Shown: in pieces, positions 18,012-28,100 of the stretch
Numbering within the stretch: the first letter of the stretch is position 1
Layout of the letters: each line of letters starts with the position of its first letter
DNA from: Methanosarcinales archaeon
GTDB taxonomy: Archaea; Halobacteriota; Methanosarcinia; Methanosarcinales; EX4572-44
Assembly: GCA_004212095.1 (NCBI GenBank)
Contig: RXIJ01000032.1
Location: forward strand, 1 to 49,808
Direction: 5' to 3'
DNA length: 49,808 nt
Made by a program: the position numbers and the translations under genes
The notes under the pieces: model-generated
Databases searched by the model: none
Told to the model about the DNA's origin: nothing
The model's input: the letters and a program-made list of their open reading frames with translations, nothing else

Positions 18012-18824
18012 ATGAGTATGAATCTAAACAAAGAGTTGAGTTTGTTGTTTGAGGGCCATGCAAATCAGTTGAAAGAGCAGTGGATATCTGAGATGAAAAA
18101 GCTTGGTTTTCTTGAACAGGTGAGCGATGATGAAATAGAAAAACAGTTCACTAATCTATGTGATATAGTTGTATCAACCTTAAAAACTGGTAAATATGAC
18201 GATGCTGAAAAATATGCAAGAGATATAGCACAGAAAGCTGTGCTTCAGCACATGACTGTTGACCAGGTTATAGGCGGCATGTTAAAACTTCAGGATGTGT
18301 ATCAATGTTTCATATTTGAAAAATTCAAAGATGATAAAAGACTTTGCGATCTTGTATCTGCTTGTGCAACCGTTATAAATAAAATAGTATCTATCAATGC
18401 TCTTGCTTTTGTTGAAGAGAGCGAGCAGGAGATTCTGCAACAGCAGAAAGAAGCGATGCTTGCTTTATCCATACCAGTACTGCAAATACGGGATGAAATG
18501 CTAATAGTGCCACTGATAGGAATTATTGACTCCGCAAGGTCACAGCAAATCGTGGAGGAACTGTTAAACAAAATTGCTGAGTACCAGGCATCCATTATTA
18601 TTATTGACCTTACAGGAGTTCCAATTATTGACAGCCTGGTAGCAAACCATATAATAAAAACTGTGCAGGCAGCAAAAATGCTTGGTGCAGAAACCATTAT
18701 CACAGGAATAAGCCCACCAAATGCGCAGACACTGGTAAACATTGGTGTTGATATTTCAACATTGATTACAAAAAACAATCTTCGTACAGGTCTTAAGTTA
18801 GCTGACGAAATGCTTCAGAAGTGA
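18012..18824 (+). CDS. rsbR: RsbR-like stressosome sensor (globin-like N-terminal domain + STAS)
   Basis: LSIPVLQI...PLIGIIDSARSQ, IIDLTGVPIIDS.VA, LGAETIITGISP..AQTLV..GVD. Confidence 0.9.
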   Translation: MSMNLNKELSLLFEGHANQLKEQWISEMKKLGFLEQVSDDEIEKQFTNLCDIVVSTLKTGKYDDAEKYARDIAQKAVLQHMTVDQVIGGMLKLQDVYQCFIFEKFKDDKRLCDLVSACATVINKIVSINALAFVEESEQEILQQQKEAMLALSIPVLQIRDEMLIVPLIGIIDSARSQQIVEELLNKIAEYQASIIIIDLTGVPIIDSLVANHIIKTVQAAKMLGAETIITGISPPNAQTLVNIGVDISTLITKNNLRTGLKLADEMLQK

Positions 18825-18825
18825 G

Positions 18826-19200
18826 GTGCCCTGGTTGGATATCCCCATCTTAAAAATTGAGAATTTTCTTGTTGTGACCATTCAGACAGAAATGTCGGAT
18901 GATGAGATATTAAAGCTTCAAAAAGATATATTATCTAGAATTAAAGAAGTTCGTGCATCCGGATTGGTTATTGACATTACTGCCCTTGATGTGGTTGACA
19001 GTTTCATGGGCAGAACTCTTTCAAACATTGCAAACACCGCTAATCTCCTTGGTGCAAAGACTGTTGTTGTTGGAATTCGTCCTGCGGTTGCATTAACACT
19101 TGTAGAACTTGGAATACGTATCAAGTGGAATCTAAATACTGCATTGAACCTCGAAAAAGGCATAGATATGTTAAAAAAATGTATTGAAATAAGAGGTTAG
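18826..19200 (+). CDS. rsbS: RsbS stressosome STAS protein
   Basis: IPILKI, IDITALDVVDSF, LLGAKTVVVGIRPAVALTLVELG, TALNLEKG. Confidence 0.92.
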   Translation: MPWLDIPILKIENFLVVTIQTEMSDDEILKLQKDILSRIKEVRASGLVIDITALDVVDSFMGRTLSNIANTANLLGAKTVVVGIRPAVALTLVELGIRIKWNLNTALNLEKGIDMLKKCIEIRG

Positions 19201-19211
19201 GTGGTTTCGTT

Positions 19212-19622
19212 TTGAGTGAGATAGAAAAAAGAATATCAATCAAATCCAGTGCAGACATCATTACTGCACGGGGTGTCGGGAGAGAAATGGCGAAACAACT
19301 TGGTTTTAACATCGTTGATCAGACAAAAATAACCACTGCTATCTCAGAACTTACCAGGAACATCGTCACTTATACAGGCAAAGGCAAAGTGATCATAAAA
19401 AGGATACACAGTGATGTTGATAAAAGGGATGGTATGGCAATTATATGTACTGATAAGGGACCTGGTATAGAAAGCATTGAACTTGTTCTCGAAGCTGGAT
19501 ACAGCACATCAAACAGTCTTGGACTTGGACTGTCTGGTGCAAAAATGCTCATGGATGACTTTGACATCAAATCAAAACCTGGAGAAGGTACCAGAGTAAC
19601 GATTAAGAAATGGTTAAGATAA
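19212..19622 (+). CDS. rsbT: RsbT switch Ser/Thr kinase
   Basis: TAISELTRNI, DKGPGI, GYST..LGLGLSGAK.LMDDF, GTRV...KW. Confidence 0.92.
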   Translation: MSEIEKRISIKSSADIITARGVGREMAKQLGFNIVDQTKITTAISELTRNIVTYTGKGKVIIKRIHSDVDKRDGMAIICTDKGPGIESIELVLEAGYSTSNSLGLGLSGAKMLMDDFDIKSKPGEGTRVTIKKWLR

Positions 19623-19628
19623 CACGTT

Positions 19629-19994
19629 ATGCAAGTTGCTACTGAAGTGCTATATGTGAACAGTGAAGCAAGCATTGTAACTGCACGAGAAACGGTGAAA
19701 AAAATTGCAGAAAATATTGGGTTTGATATTTACGATCAATATCGAATTGCTACTGCTGTCTCAGAACTTGCTGAAAATGCAGTAAAATATGCAGATGGCG
19801 GAACCATAGAGTTCCATCCGATTGATAGAGGGCTTGAAATTATCTGCAAGGATTCCGGCAGAAACATGATGCAAAAAAATACTGGGCACGGTCTTGGAAT
19901 CGGTCTTAAAAGCATTGAACATCTGATGGATGAAATGATTATTACAACAGAAGCATACGGAACATGCATCCTAACAAGGAAGTGGCTAAAATGA
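19629..19994 (+). CDS. Second, shortened RsbT-like GHKL protein
   Basis: ATAVSELAENAVKYA, DSG, GLGIGL...LMDE, GT...KW. ATP-lid region is shorter than in RsbT. Confidence 0.85.
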   Translation: MQVATEVLYVNSEASIVTARETVKKIAENIGFDIYDQYRIATAVSELAENAVKYADGGTIEFHPIDRGLEIICKDSGRNMMQKNTGHGLGIGLKSIEHLMDEMIITTEAYGTCILTRKWLK

Positions 19995-20581
19995 ATGTTG
20001 GTGTAGTCAGTCGACCAAAGAAGGGTTTTAGTGCAAATGGGGATTCCTACTTGATTGAAAAAATCGATCAGAAAATATTAATCAGTGTTATTGATGGGAT
20101 AGGGCATGGAGTTCATGCAGACAATGCTGCAACCAGATGTGTGAACACCATAAAAAAATACATTCAATCCAGCAAAGATTGCAATCTAATCATTCTTTTT
20201 AATCGATGCCATGAAGCACTTAGAAACACTGATGGCGTGGTCATGGCCTCAGTTCTCATCGATGCACCATGTGACACGATACGCTATGCAGGAATCGGCA
20301 ATATTGCAACACGCATTATCGGTATAAAAAATATTTATCCTATACCAAGAGGGGGTATAGTCGGGTACAACATGCCCGCAGTAAAAGAATACACATATCC
20401 ATACAAAAGAGGAGATTTAATACTTATGTATACAGACGGTATAATCTCAAGAATCAACTCAGACCTGTGCATCAGACTGCAAAACCTTGAAGAACAGAGA
20501 ATAGCGGAAGAACTATTCAAACAGTATGCACGAGAAGATGATGATGCGACGCTGCTTGTAGCGCGTGAGGAGGGTATATGA
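19991..20581 (+). CDS. rsbX: RsbX-like PP2C/SpoIIE phosphatase
   Basis: NGD, IDGIGHG, YAGIGNI, GIVG, YTDGI, DDAT. Confidence 0.88.
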   Translation: MNVGVVSRPKKGFSANGDSYLIEKIDQKILISVIDGIGHGVHADNAATRCVNTIKKYIQSSKDCNLIILFNRCHEALRNTDGVVMASVLIDAPCDTIRYAGIGNIATRIIGIKNIYPIPRGGIVGYNMPAVKEYTYPYKRGDLILMYTDGIISRINSDLCIRLQNLEEQRIAEELFKQYAREDDDATLLVAREEGI

Positions 20582-21663
20582 ATCCCGAAGAACTGAAAGA
20601 GACATATATAGCACTTCTTAATGACTATCTATTTGAAGGAGATGATGAAGCAGCACTCTACAAAGCCTATGAATTCAGCAGAGAGAGTATAAATGAAAGA
20701 GTTGGACTTGAAGAAATAGCTGCTGTCCATATAGATAGTATTGGAAAACTGATTAATAAGGTGCCATTCAATGAAATTCCGCTTATCATCTCAAAATCCT
20801 CTATTTTCCTTCTTGAATTCATTATGAACTTCAGCCTCCTCTATAAAGAATACTTTGAGCTGTGGGAGAGAACCGGCAGTCAGCTGCACGAGGCAATAAC
20901 ACAGACAGGGGATGCACTGACAGCATGTTTAAACCTCGATAAAACTCTTGAAATAATTTCAAGTTTAATACAAAAAACTACTGGAAGCGATTCCATATTA
21001 ATTTATCTATTAAAAAACTCACACCTGAAACATGCACATACAGAGAATATTGTGATAGAAACTCTACCTAAAGAAACTACCATGCACAATACTTTTGCAT
21101 GGGATGCTATATCTGATGCATCGATTAAAACCTTAATAACACCAGAAGATATGAAAAAGTATCCTGCTCCAAAGATTAAAAATGGAATAGAGCCATTATC
21201 TGCTGTTGCAATACCACTCATTGGAAAAAATATGGTCATTGGTGCTGTTGAATGCTACTATGAACTACCTCATAAATTAACCGAACTGGATAATAGTACT
21301 TTACTAAACTTAGCAAGCAGTGCAGCAAAAAGCATAGAGAATATATATCAGATCAAAATAACAAAAGAACACAAAAAAATGTTAACGCCAGATGAAGCAT
21401 CCAGTCGATGTAGAATTGCACGAAGGGTAATACTTGGGGAAGGAGTAGAAGGCTATCATCTTCAAAATAATAAAGTCTGTAGGGGGTTAAAAGGACTGGT
21501 GAAACATCTTGACAGCATCAAAGAAGAAGATGTCAAGTGGGTAGTGAGATGGATAGAGTACCTTGGTGATACTGAACTTGCCCCCCGAATCAAGGCACAT
21601 CCAGAAGAGTTTAAAGAAATCATCAGCGACAGGTATGAACAGCTTGAGAAGTTTGCCCTATAG
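20578..21663 (+). CDS. RsbU-N-like domain + GAF domain + small C-terminal DUF5752-like domain
   Basis: Y..LL.DYL....E..LY.AY.FSR..I...VG.EEI...H resembles RsbU-N. SAVAIPL....VIGAV is GAF-like. C-terminal WIEYLGD.ELA.RI. No PP2C motifs. Confidence 0.7.
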   Translation: MNPEELKETYIALLNDYLFEGDDEAALYKAYEFSRESINERVGLEEIAAVHIDSIGKLINKVPFNEIPLIISKSSIFLLEFIMNFSLLYKEYFELWERTGSQLHEAITQTGDALTACLNLDKTLEIISSLIQKTTGSDSILIYLLKNSHLKHAHTENIVIETLPKETTMHNTFAWDAISDASIKTLITPEDMKKYPAPKIKNGIEPLSAVAIPLIGKNMVIGAVECYYELPHKLTELDNSTLLNLASSAAKSIENIYQIKITKEHKKMLTPDEASSRCRIARRVILGEGVEGYHLQNNKVCRGLKGLVKHLDSIKEEDVKWVVRWIEYLGDTELAPRIKAHPEEFKEIISDRYEQLEKFAL

Positions 21664-21734
21664 CCTGAACTCCAGTAAACGCTCATGTTGTTTTACGTTT
21701 ACCGGACTTCATAACTTTTCAGATACGACCTGAC

Positions 21735-22307
21735 TTATTTCGATGTACCTAAAACTGTCTCGTGGAGTTCATACACATCCGAACCATGACATTTGGTACA
21801 ATACACATTTCGTGAAAGATGTATTTTCACCAGGTCTCCATTGGATGGCTGGAATGAATCCGGAGGTGCTGCATGACAATTTTCACATGTTACATGCCCG
21901 GCTTCTGCTTTTGGTATGCTGAGATCTGTTGCTGGGCCATGACAACTTTCACACTTAAGATTTACAGTGCCAGTTCCAATGTGTATAGGATGTACATCAC
22001 TGCCGTGACATTTGAAGCAGTATTTACCACCTTCTTTATGGGGTAACAACGTTCCTGAATCGACATGACACAAATCACATTTTATTGGTTGAGGAGCTGT
22101 GACAACCGTTGTTGGTTTTGGAGTGGGCTCCGGTGTTTGTACTGGTGTTGTTTTTTCCGGGGTTTCCGGAGCTGTTTTGACAGGAGTTTCCGGAGGTTTT
22201 TCAACCGGTGTTTTTGGATCTATGTCTGTGCAACCCATGGATAGTATTACCATTGCTGCAATAATGAGCACTGTACAGATAATTGGGCCTTTTTTTTTAA
22301 AAATCAT
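21735..22307 (-). CDS. Pentaheme cytochrome c lipoprotein with Pro/Thr-rich linker
   Basis: Start MIFKKK at 22307 (the track's longer start falls in the MITE). Lipobox-like LSMGC, PETP linker, five CxxCH motifs. Confidence 0.9.
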   Translation of the reverse strand: MIFKKKGPIICTVLIIAAMVILSMGCTDIDPKTPVEKPPETPVKTAPETPEKTTPVQTPEPTPKPTTVVTAPQPIKCDLCHVDSGTLLPHKEGGKYCFKCHGSDVHPIHIGTGTVNLKCESCHGPATDLSIPKAEAGHVTCENCHAAPPDSFQPSNGDLVKIHLSRNVYCTKCHGSDVYELHETVLGTSK

Positions 22308-22363
22308 AACTATTTCACATTTGGTTATAAGAAAAATGTTGTATTTAAGTGTTTTGATATTGG

Positions 22364-22485
22364 GTGGTTGTAAAGTTATTGGATGTTGGCATTGTTTCGA
22401 CCTGGTTGTATATCCGGGTATAATATCTACTGTTCTCAGGTTCGAACAGACGAAAAAAATAACACCTGAGTAATTTGACAGCCAC
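22364..22485. mobile_element. MITE-like element, copy 3 (slightly shorter)
   Basis: TIRs GTGGTTGTAAAGTTA...TAATTTGACAGCCAC. Interior matches copy 2. Confidence 0.8.
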
Positions 22486-22570
22486 ACAAAAAAGAAAGAT
22501 ATTTATGTGGTTATAGGTTTATGAGTAATAATAGTAATTATTAGTAAATTAATTAAGGGGTAATAAAAAA

Positions 22571-23239
22571 ATGAAAGGTAAACATATATTGTTGTTGTCC
22601 TGTAGCATTTTAGCTATTGGACTGTTTATACTGCCCTCAACCCTTTCAATGTTTGTGGGACAGCACACATGGTATAGTGTTAAGAATCCGGATGATATGG
22701 AAAATTTATGTGCAAAGTGTCATCAGCCAGAGGTTGAGGAGTGGAACACAAATTTAGCTCGTGGTGGTGCACATGCAACTTTTGAGGTGAATTACGTAGG
22801 CACTTCAGGGTGCAGTATCTGTCATCAGATTAATGAAACAATACTTGAAACTGATTATGGCTTGAATATTACCTCGTTGAAAGGCTATAACTTTGAAGAT
22901 TTCACACGACAAGGTCTAACCAATACAAGTAATTCGGCTGATTTCCAGGGAAATTGGCGAAATCAGACAACCCCACATGCTGCAATAAAGGTAGATTGTG
23001 GAGACTGTCATTACAATGCAACAGTACAATTGGCCGATTCTAGTTCTGCACACAGTGATTTCTACAATCAATCCACAGGTGCTGCAACCGACAGCTCTGC
23101 ATGTATCGGATGCCATACCATGACCGATATCAATATCACATGGTACAAGTTCGGCGGGCTTAATATCAATGCAAGTATAAACACAACAAGTGAGGACTGG
23201 AATATTACCGTTACCACGAATACGACACTCGTGAATTAA
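22571..23239 (+). CDS. Secreted tetraheme cytochrome c, archaeal extracellular cytochrome nanowire (AvECN)-like
   Basis: Signal peptide, LPSTLSMFVGQHTWY, four CxxCH motifs, spare His ligands (GAH, PHAA, SAH), beta-strand C-terminus. Confidence 0.8.
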   Translation: MKGKHILLLSCSILAIGLFILPSTLSMFVGQHTWYSVKNPDDMENLCAKCHQPEVEEWNTNLARGGAHATFEVNYVGTSGCSICHQINETILETDYGLNITSLKGYNFEDFTRQGLTNTSNSADFQGNWRNQTTPHAAIKVDCGDCHYNATVQLADSSSAHSDFYNQSTGAATDSSACIGCHTMTDINITWYKFGGLNINASINTTSEDWNITVTTNTTLVN

Positions 23240-23275
23240 GATGATCTTTGATATTGATCATCTTTAATTTTTTTT
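23238..23275 (+). terminator. Hairpin plus T-tract after the tetraheme gene
   Basis: AAGATGATC-tttgatatt-GATCATCTT followed by a T8 run. Confidence 0.6.
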
Positions 23276-23306
23276 AAATATTTAATATTTCTATATATGA
23301 TAGACT

Positions 23307-24080
23307 ATGTCGTTTGTAGAAGAGTTTATTGGGATATTATCATCTTCATTTTTTTATTTATTGTATACCAATCAAATTTTATTAATCTTGTTTTTTTTCA
23401 CGTTAATCTTTTTTATAATTTTACGTAATATACATGTGAGAAATTCCACGTTCTTTCCAGATGTTATTAGTACCTTAATAAAAAAAATCACTTACCAAAA
23501 CCAGAAAAAATCTGTCGAAAGCAGGGTGGGACACTATGGCGAGTTATCAAAAAGACAGAGAGTTTTACCGGTGATTGTTCCACTGTTTATTACGATCTTT
23601 ATTGCATACCTCATCCTTAACCACTACGTATTTCTTGCTATTGTAACTTCAGGCAGCATGTCGCCTGCTCTTGAGGTAGAGGATCTGGTTCTCATACAGA
23701 ACCTGCATGTCAACCCACAACAGGGCGAAATTATCATGTTTAACACAAAAAAAGCGAGTATGCCAGTCATTCATCGGGTATATTCAGTATCCGGGGATGC
23801 CATCAAAACAAAGGGTGACGCAGTAGCGTTTCCTGACGACTGGACTCTAAAAAAAGAAAAGATACAGGGAGAAGCTGTATTATTTCAAGATAAACCGATA
23901 ATAGTTAAGAATATTGGTGCATATCTGTTGTTTGATCCAAATAAAGTACAAATTACAAAATATGGGTCTGAAATGTACAGAGCAAGCCAGATTCTTAAAA
24001 ATGTCAAAAAACTTGGATTTACAATATTTATGATCTGCATACTGCTCTATATTTTCCTTGCTGCGAGCAGCAAACACTAA
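23307..24080 (+). CDS. Signal peptidase I (S26, archaeal/SipW type)
   Basis: VTSGSMSP (Ser), DLV, VIHRV (His), TKGD, plus TM segments. Confidence 0.9.
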   Translation: MSFVEEFIGILSSSFFYLLYTNQILLILFFFTLIFFIILRNIHVRNSTFFPDVISTLIKKITYQNQKKSVESRVGHYGELSKRQRVLPVIVPLFITIFIAYLILNHYVFLAIVTSGSMSPALEVEDLVLIQNLHVNPQQGEIIMFNTKKASMPVIHRVYSVSGDAIKTKGDAVAFPDDWTLKKEKIQGEAVLFQDKPIIVKNIGAYLLFDPNKVQITKYGSEMYRASQILKNVKKLGFTIFMICILLYIFLAASSKH

Positions 24081-24108
24081 ATAACCATATAATCGTTGTT
24101 GATTTAAG

Positions 24109-25155
24109 ATGAGCGGAAAAACCGGTATTTCATTATTTGGAAAGTTTGGTGCTATCTGCATAGTTATTGCTGGAATTTACCTCATATACCTGTCCTATCA
24201 GCCAGTAATTGACCTGTTGTCCGGAGAAAAATTTGAGCAAAAAGATATTATTATAAATCTAACAATCATGCTGCTTGGAGTGGCTACACTGTGTGGTGGG
24301 ATCGATCTTGTAAGAAGAACAATCGCACTTGAGCAACTGATTGATGTTGGGTTTGAAAGTGAAATTTATACGCGACTTGAACCGATCCTTAAAGAAATTG
24401 CAGGAACTCAGGTGATGATTGATAAAATTGAAGAACGTATGAACAGTATGAACACCAATATTGACCGACTCGGAAAGCGTTCAGTCACTCTCACAATCCA
24501 GGGGGGCGGGTCAGCATACGGCATTGATATTGCTTCGGAAATATCGCGTTTTCTTCGATTGGTTTTGTTAATCAATGCCACTCTTGCAGTATTTTTATTC
24601 CTTTTGAGTTTTACACGTGCTTACACACCGTACCTGATAACAATGCTGTACATCATCTGGTGGCTTGAAATCACATACGATTACAACCTCTGGCAGCGGT
24701 CATCCGCATGGGTTTGGGCATTTATCCCGATACTGACTATCCCAATCACAACGATTCTATTTGAGGTAATCTATGGTGGAGGAACACTCATCGGAAGCAT
24801 GACCCTTGGACTTGTAATGTATGCAACGGCATACTTTACATGGAGCAAGTATATTATCGAGGGATGTTTACCATTTGATTTAAATAAGCTGACAAATAAA
24901 ATTCCAAAAGAAAATAAAGGAATAGCACACCTGACAACACTAAAAGAAAAGCTTACTCGAAAGCGTCACGCAATTTCGACATATTTAATTATAAGTTCAC
25001 TCGTTTTTGGATTATTGTTAGTTTTGCAGATGATTAATATAAAATACAACCTGAAATGGATGCCTGCATATTCACCTGACTATCTGGTACTGACAGGTAT
25101 TTTGCTTGTCGTATCGTATATTATAAGTAACAAATTAAGACGTGGGAAAATATGA
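24109..25155 (+). CDS. Polytopic membrane protein with cytoplasmic coiled coil, function unknown
   Basis: About 8 hydrophobic segments. Translationally coupled to the giant cytochrome by an ATGA overlap. Confidence 0.75.
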   Translation: MSGKTGISLFGKFGAICIVIAGIYLIYLSYQPVIDLLSGEKFEQKDIIINLTIMLLGVATLCGGIDLVRRTIALEQLIDVGFESEIYTRLEPILKEIAGTQVMIDKIEERMNSMNTNIDRLGKRSVTLTIQGGGSAYGIDIASEISRFLRLVLLINATLAVFLFLLSFTRAYTPYLITMLYIIWWLEITYDYNLWQRSSAWVWAFIPILTIPITTILFEVIYGGGTLIGSMTLGLVMYATAYFTWSKYIIEGCLPFDLNKLTNKIPKENKGIAHLTTLKEKLTRKRHAISTYLIISSLVFGLLLVLQMINIKYNLKWMPAYSPDYLVLTGILLVVSYIISNKLRRGKI

Positions 25156-28100
25156 AAAACGCTTGCACTGGACGAACACTACTACTAATCATCGGTTTTC
25201 TTGTTTTGGTGTCCAGTACCTGTACGGTTATTGTTAGGGCGGAAACGTATACAGTGACACTTGGCTACGGGCAGACACCTTATCAGCTTGGATATCTCTC
25301 AAATGGTGATACCACTGGCTGGAACTGGTGGGATACTGAAAATGGAATGCAGCAGAAAAATCTGGTATTAGTGAGTATTATGGAGAACACTGCACCAGTA
25401 AGCGGCCTTTCACCGCAATCATGGATAAGAGATAGTACAACCAAAAAAAGCGGTGGGTACAGCTGGAACGCTGAGAAAGACACACACAGCTGGCACTATA
25501 TTGATAACTATGATACCACTGGTGCACCATGGCAGGATATAGACCTAACCGGTTATCCGAAAACCACAAGCCTGTCAACAAAAATATTCAACTGGCTCAA
25601 GCGATTATTTATCGGGGCAGAAACATCTTCAGACCAGACGATTAACCTGACATTCTGGAATCAGTACAGGATGATAGATAGCAGAGGCTTTGTTAAAGTA
25701 TCGGAAGACATGGGAGCTACATGGGATACACTTGCAGAATATTCAGGCAACAACAGCGGGTGGGTAGAGGAATCAATCAATCTAACACAATACAGCGGAC
25801 AGAAAATATTTGTAGCATTTCATTTCAGTTCAAATAATAATAATGGTGGATGGTGGATCGACGATATAACAGTTGAGGCATCAGATGGTAATATTATCTT
25901 TAGTAATGGTGCAGAGACCAGAGCTCCTAAACTAACAGCGACAATTTATTATCCGCATTATGATTATGCAGGCGATCGTTTCTCAACAAAATCAGAAACA
26001 ATAGAGATTAGTGAGAACTATATTCACCAACTGTATTATGGAACATTCACGTACCCGGATGATGCTTATGCCGGAAGATACACAATTGATTTTAGCACAA
26101 CGATAGGTTCAGAGGATCTGTCGGCATCCACCAGTTTTAACACCACTTTGTGGGGATGTCAAGCAAGAGGCTGCCATGATTCGTGGAGTCCACAGAGCGA
26201 TTTATCAGTGAGAAATCCGGTTACTGCAATGCACCCGGACAATATCACCTCTAACGTAAATGGTAACTGCCTTACGATGTGTCATAGCACTTATGCATCG
26301 CAGTTCCTTCGTGCAACACCAATTCATCTGCATGACATCAAGTATGGCCATGAAGGTGGATTTATTTATGGAGAAAGTGGTTGGGTGACCATTTTTAATA
26401 ATTCAAACACCAACGTGCAGTTGCATCGTAAAACTTCTGTTGGAAGGCAGATTCCACAGCCCAAGTCCACTGTTCCATCACACGTGACAGATGCAGACTG
26501 CACACAGTGTCACACAAGTTTCATTCACAGTCAAAGCGGAGCGGATACGTACGACATTGCAGTGCCACATTCATTGAATGGGTCATATTTAGGTCGAAGT
26601 GGAGTACACTACAATGTATCATGTGAAGCATGTCATGGAATTTATTATAAGAGTGAGGGACACGGCTTGATTTATCCCCCATTTGATGGAGTAACCACAC
26701 TAAATGATACAATCGGAGACTATGAACCAGAGTTCATGTCATACGAAGCAATAACAAAAACATATATTATTGACGTTGATTCCGGAACAATCAATGTGAC
26801 GGTAGATGGAGACGACCCACTGTATGAAATATTTCTCACATTAATAGGGCCGGTAGATGATGTAAACGGTCTGCAGGATTTAAACACCGGAGATAAATGG
26901 CACGGCACGTATACTGTCCCAAGTGTTAATGGAACTGCTATATTTGCAGAAGGTTCGAAGATATGTTATCCTATTGGTGATAAATTATACACTACAAGTT
27001 TTAATGCTGTTCCAAAAAACGGCACATGGATTGCGAAGATATTTTCCAGTTCACATGGAATATTCAATTACACAATAACATCAAACCATCCCATACAGAG
27101 TAAGCCTGTTATTCATATACCATGGAATTGTAGTGAATGCCACAATCCCGGGGCAAGTGGAGATTTATCAGGAGCTAAGACGTCCAGACCGATACCTCTG
27201 TGGGACAACAGAGGGTTATCGTATACTCATGCTGATACTAATGATGATGGTATGGATGATGTTACATGTCGATTATGTCACGATTCATTCCATGATATTT
27301 CAATCAGGAACTGCACTGACTGCCACACACAGCGACCCGGTGGGCATGCTATGGCAGATTATTATGAAATGGGGTATACTGGTTGCATGCTCTGCCATAA
27401 TGATCCGCATGTTGAACCTGAGGCGGCAGCTGGCGGAAACTGCACCGATTGTCATCTTGAAGGTGGTGCAAATGCAACTTCAGGTATACCGATAGTTAAT
27501 AAAACCGGATTCTTTGGCAGTATTCATCGTAACATCACCGGACAGTTCAGTCAAACAAATTATACCCATATCAGTCGTGTATGCTGGGGCTGTCATGTCA
27601 ATTATACGCAGCAGCTCATCGATTCATCTCACACAAAACGTGTTACTGATTTGCCAGCTTGCGAGGACTGCCATGATACTGCAACTCCATTAAACAGTGA
27701 ATACCTCAACCAGACGCCGCTACAGGTAAGAGAGCATCAGCCAAATGGTGAAGATATACAAACAGGTTCAAACTGTACAATATGCCATAACAAATCATTG
27801 ACAATTGCACCACCAACTGAAAATGTAAAATATCCGCGGGCTAAAAACTACATATCTCACTACGGTAGACAGAGAACTGATATGTGGGTGGTTGAAAACA
27901 ATCAGGTTATAACTCACTGTTCGTACTGTCACACCGGTGGTGGACGCGAGTTTTATTGTGTTTTTGTAGACCCAAGTAATGCTGATATTACACATGGGAC
28001 GAACTGCACATCCTGTCATGGTTCAGGTAGAATCCATGATAAAAGCCTGGAAGTTCCAATTATGAGCAAAGACAATGAAGCATGTTTGGTTTGTCATAGC

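Noticed and set aside
22308..22487. N-terminal extension of the pentaheme ORF
   Set aside because: It runs through MITE copy 3; the signal peptide begins at Met 22307.
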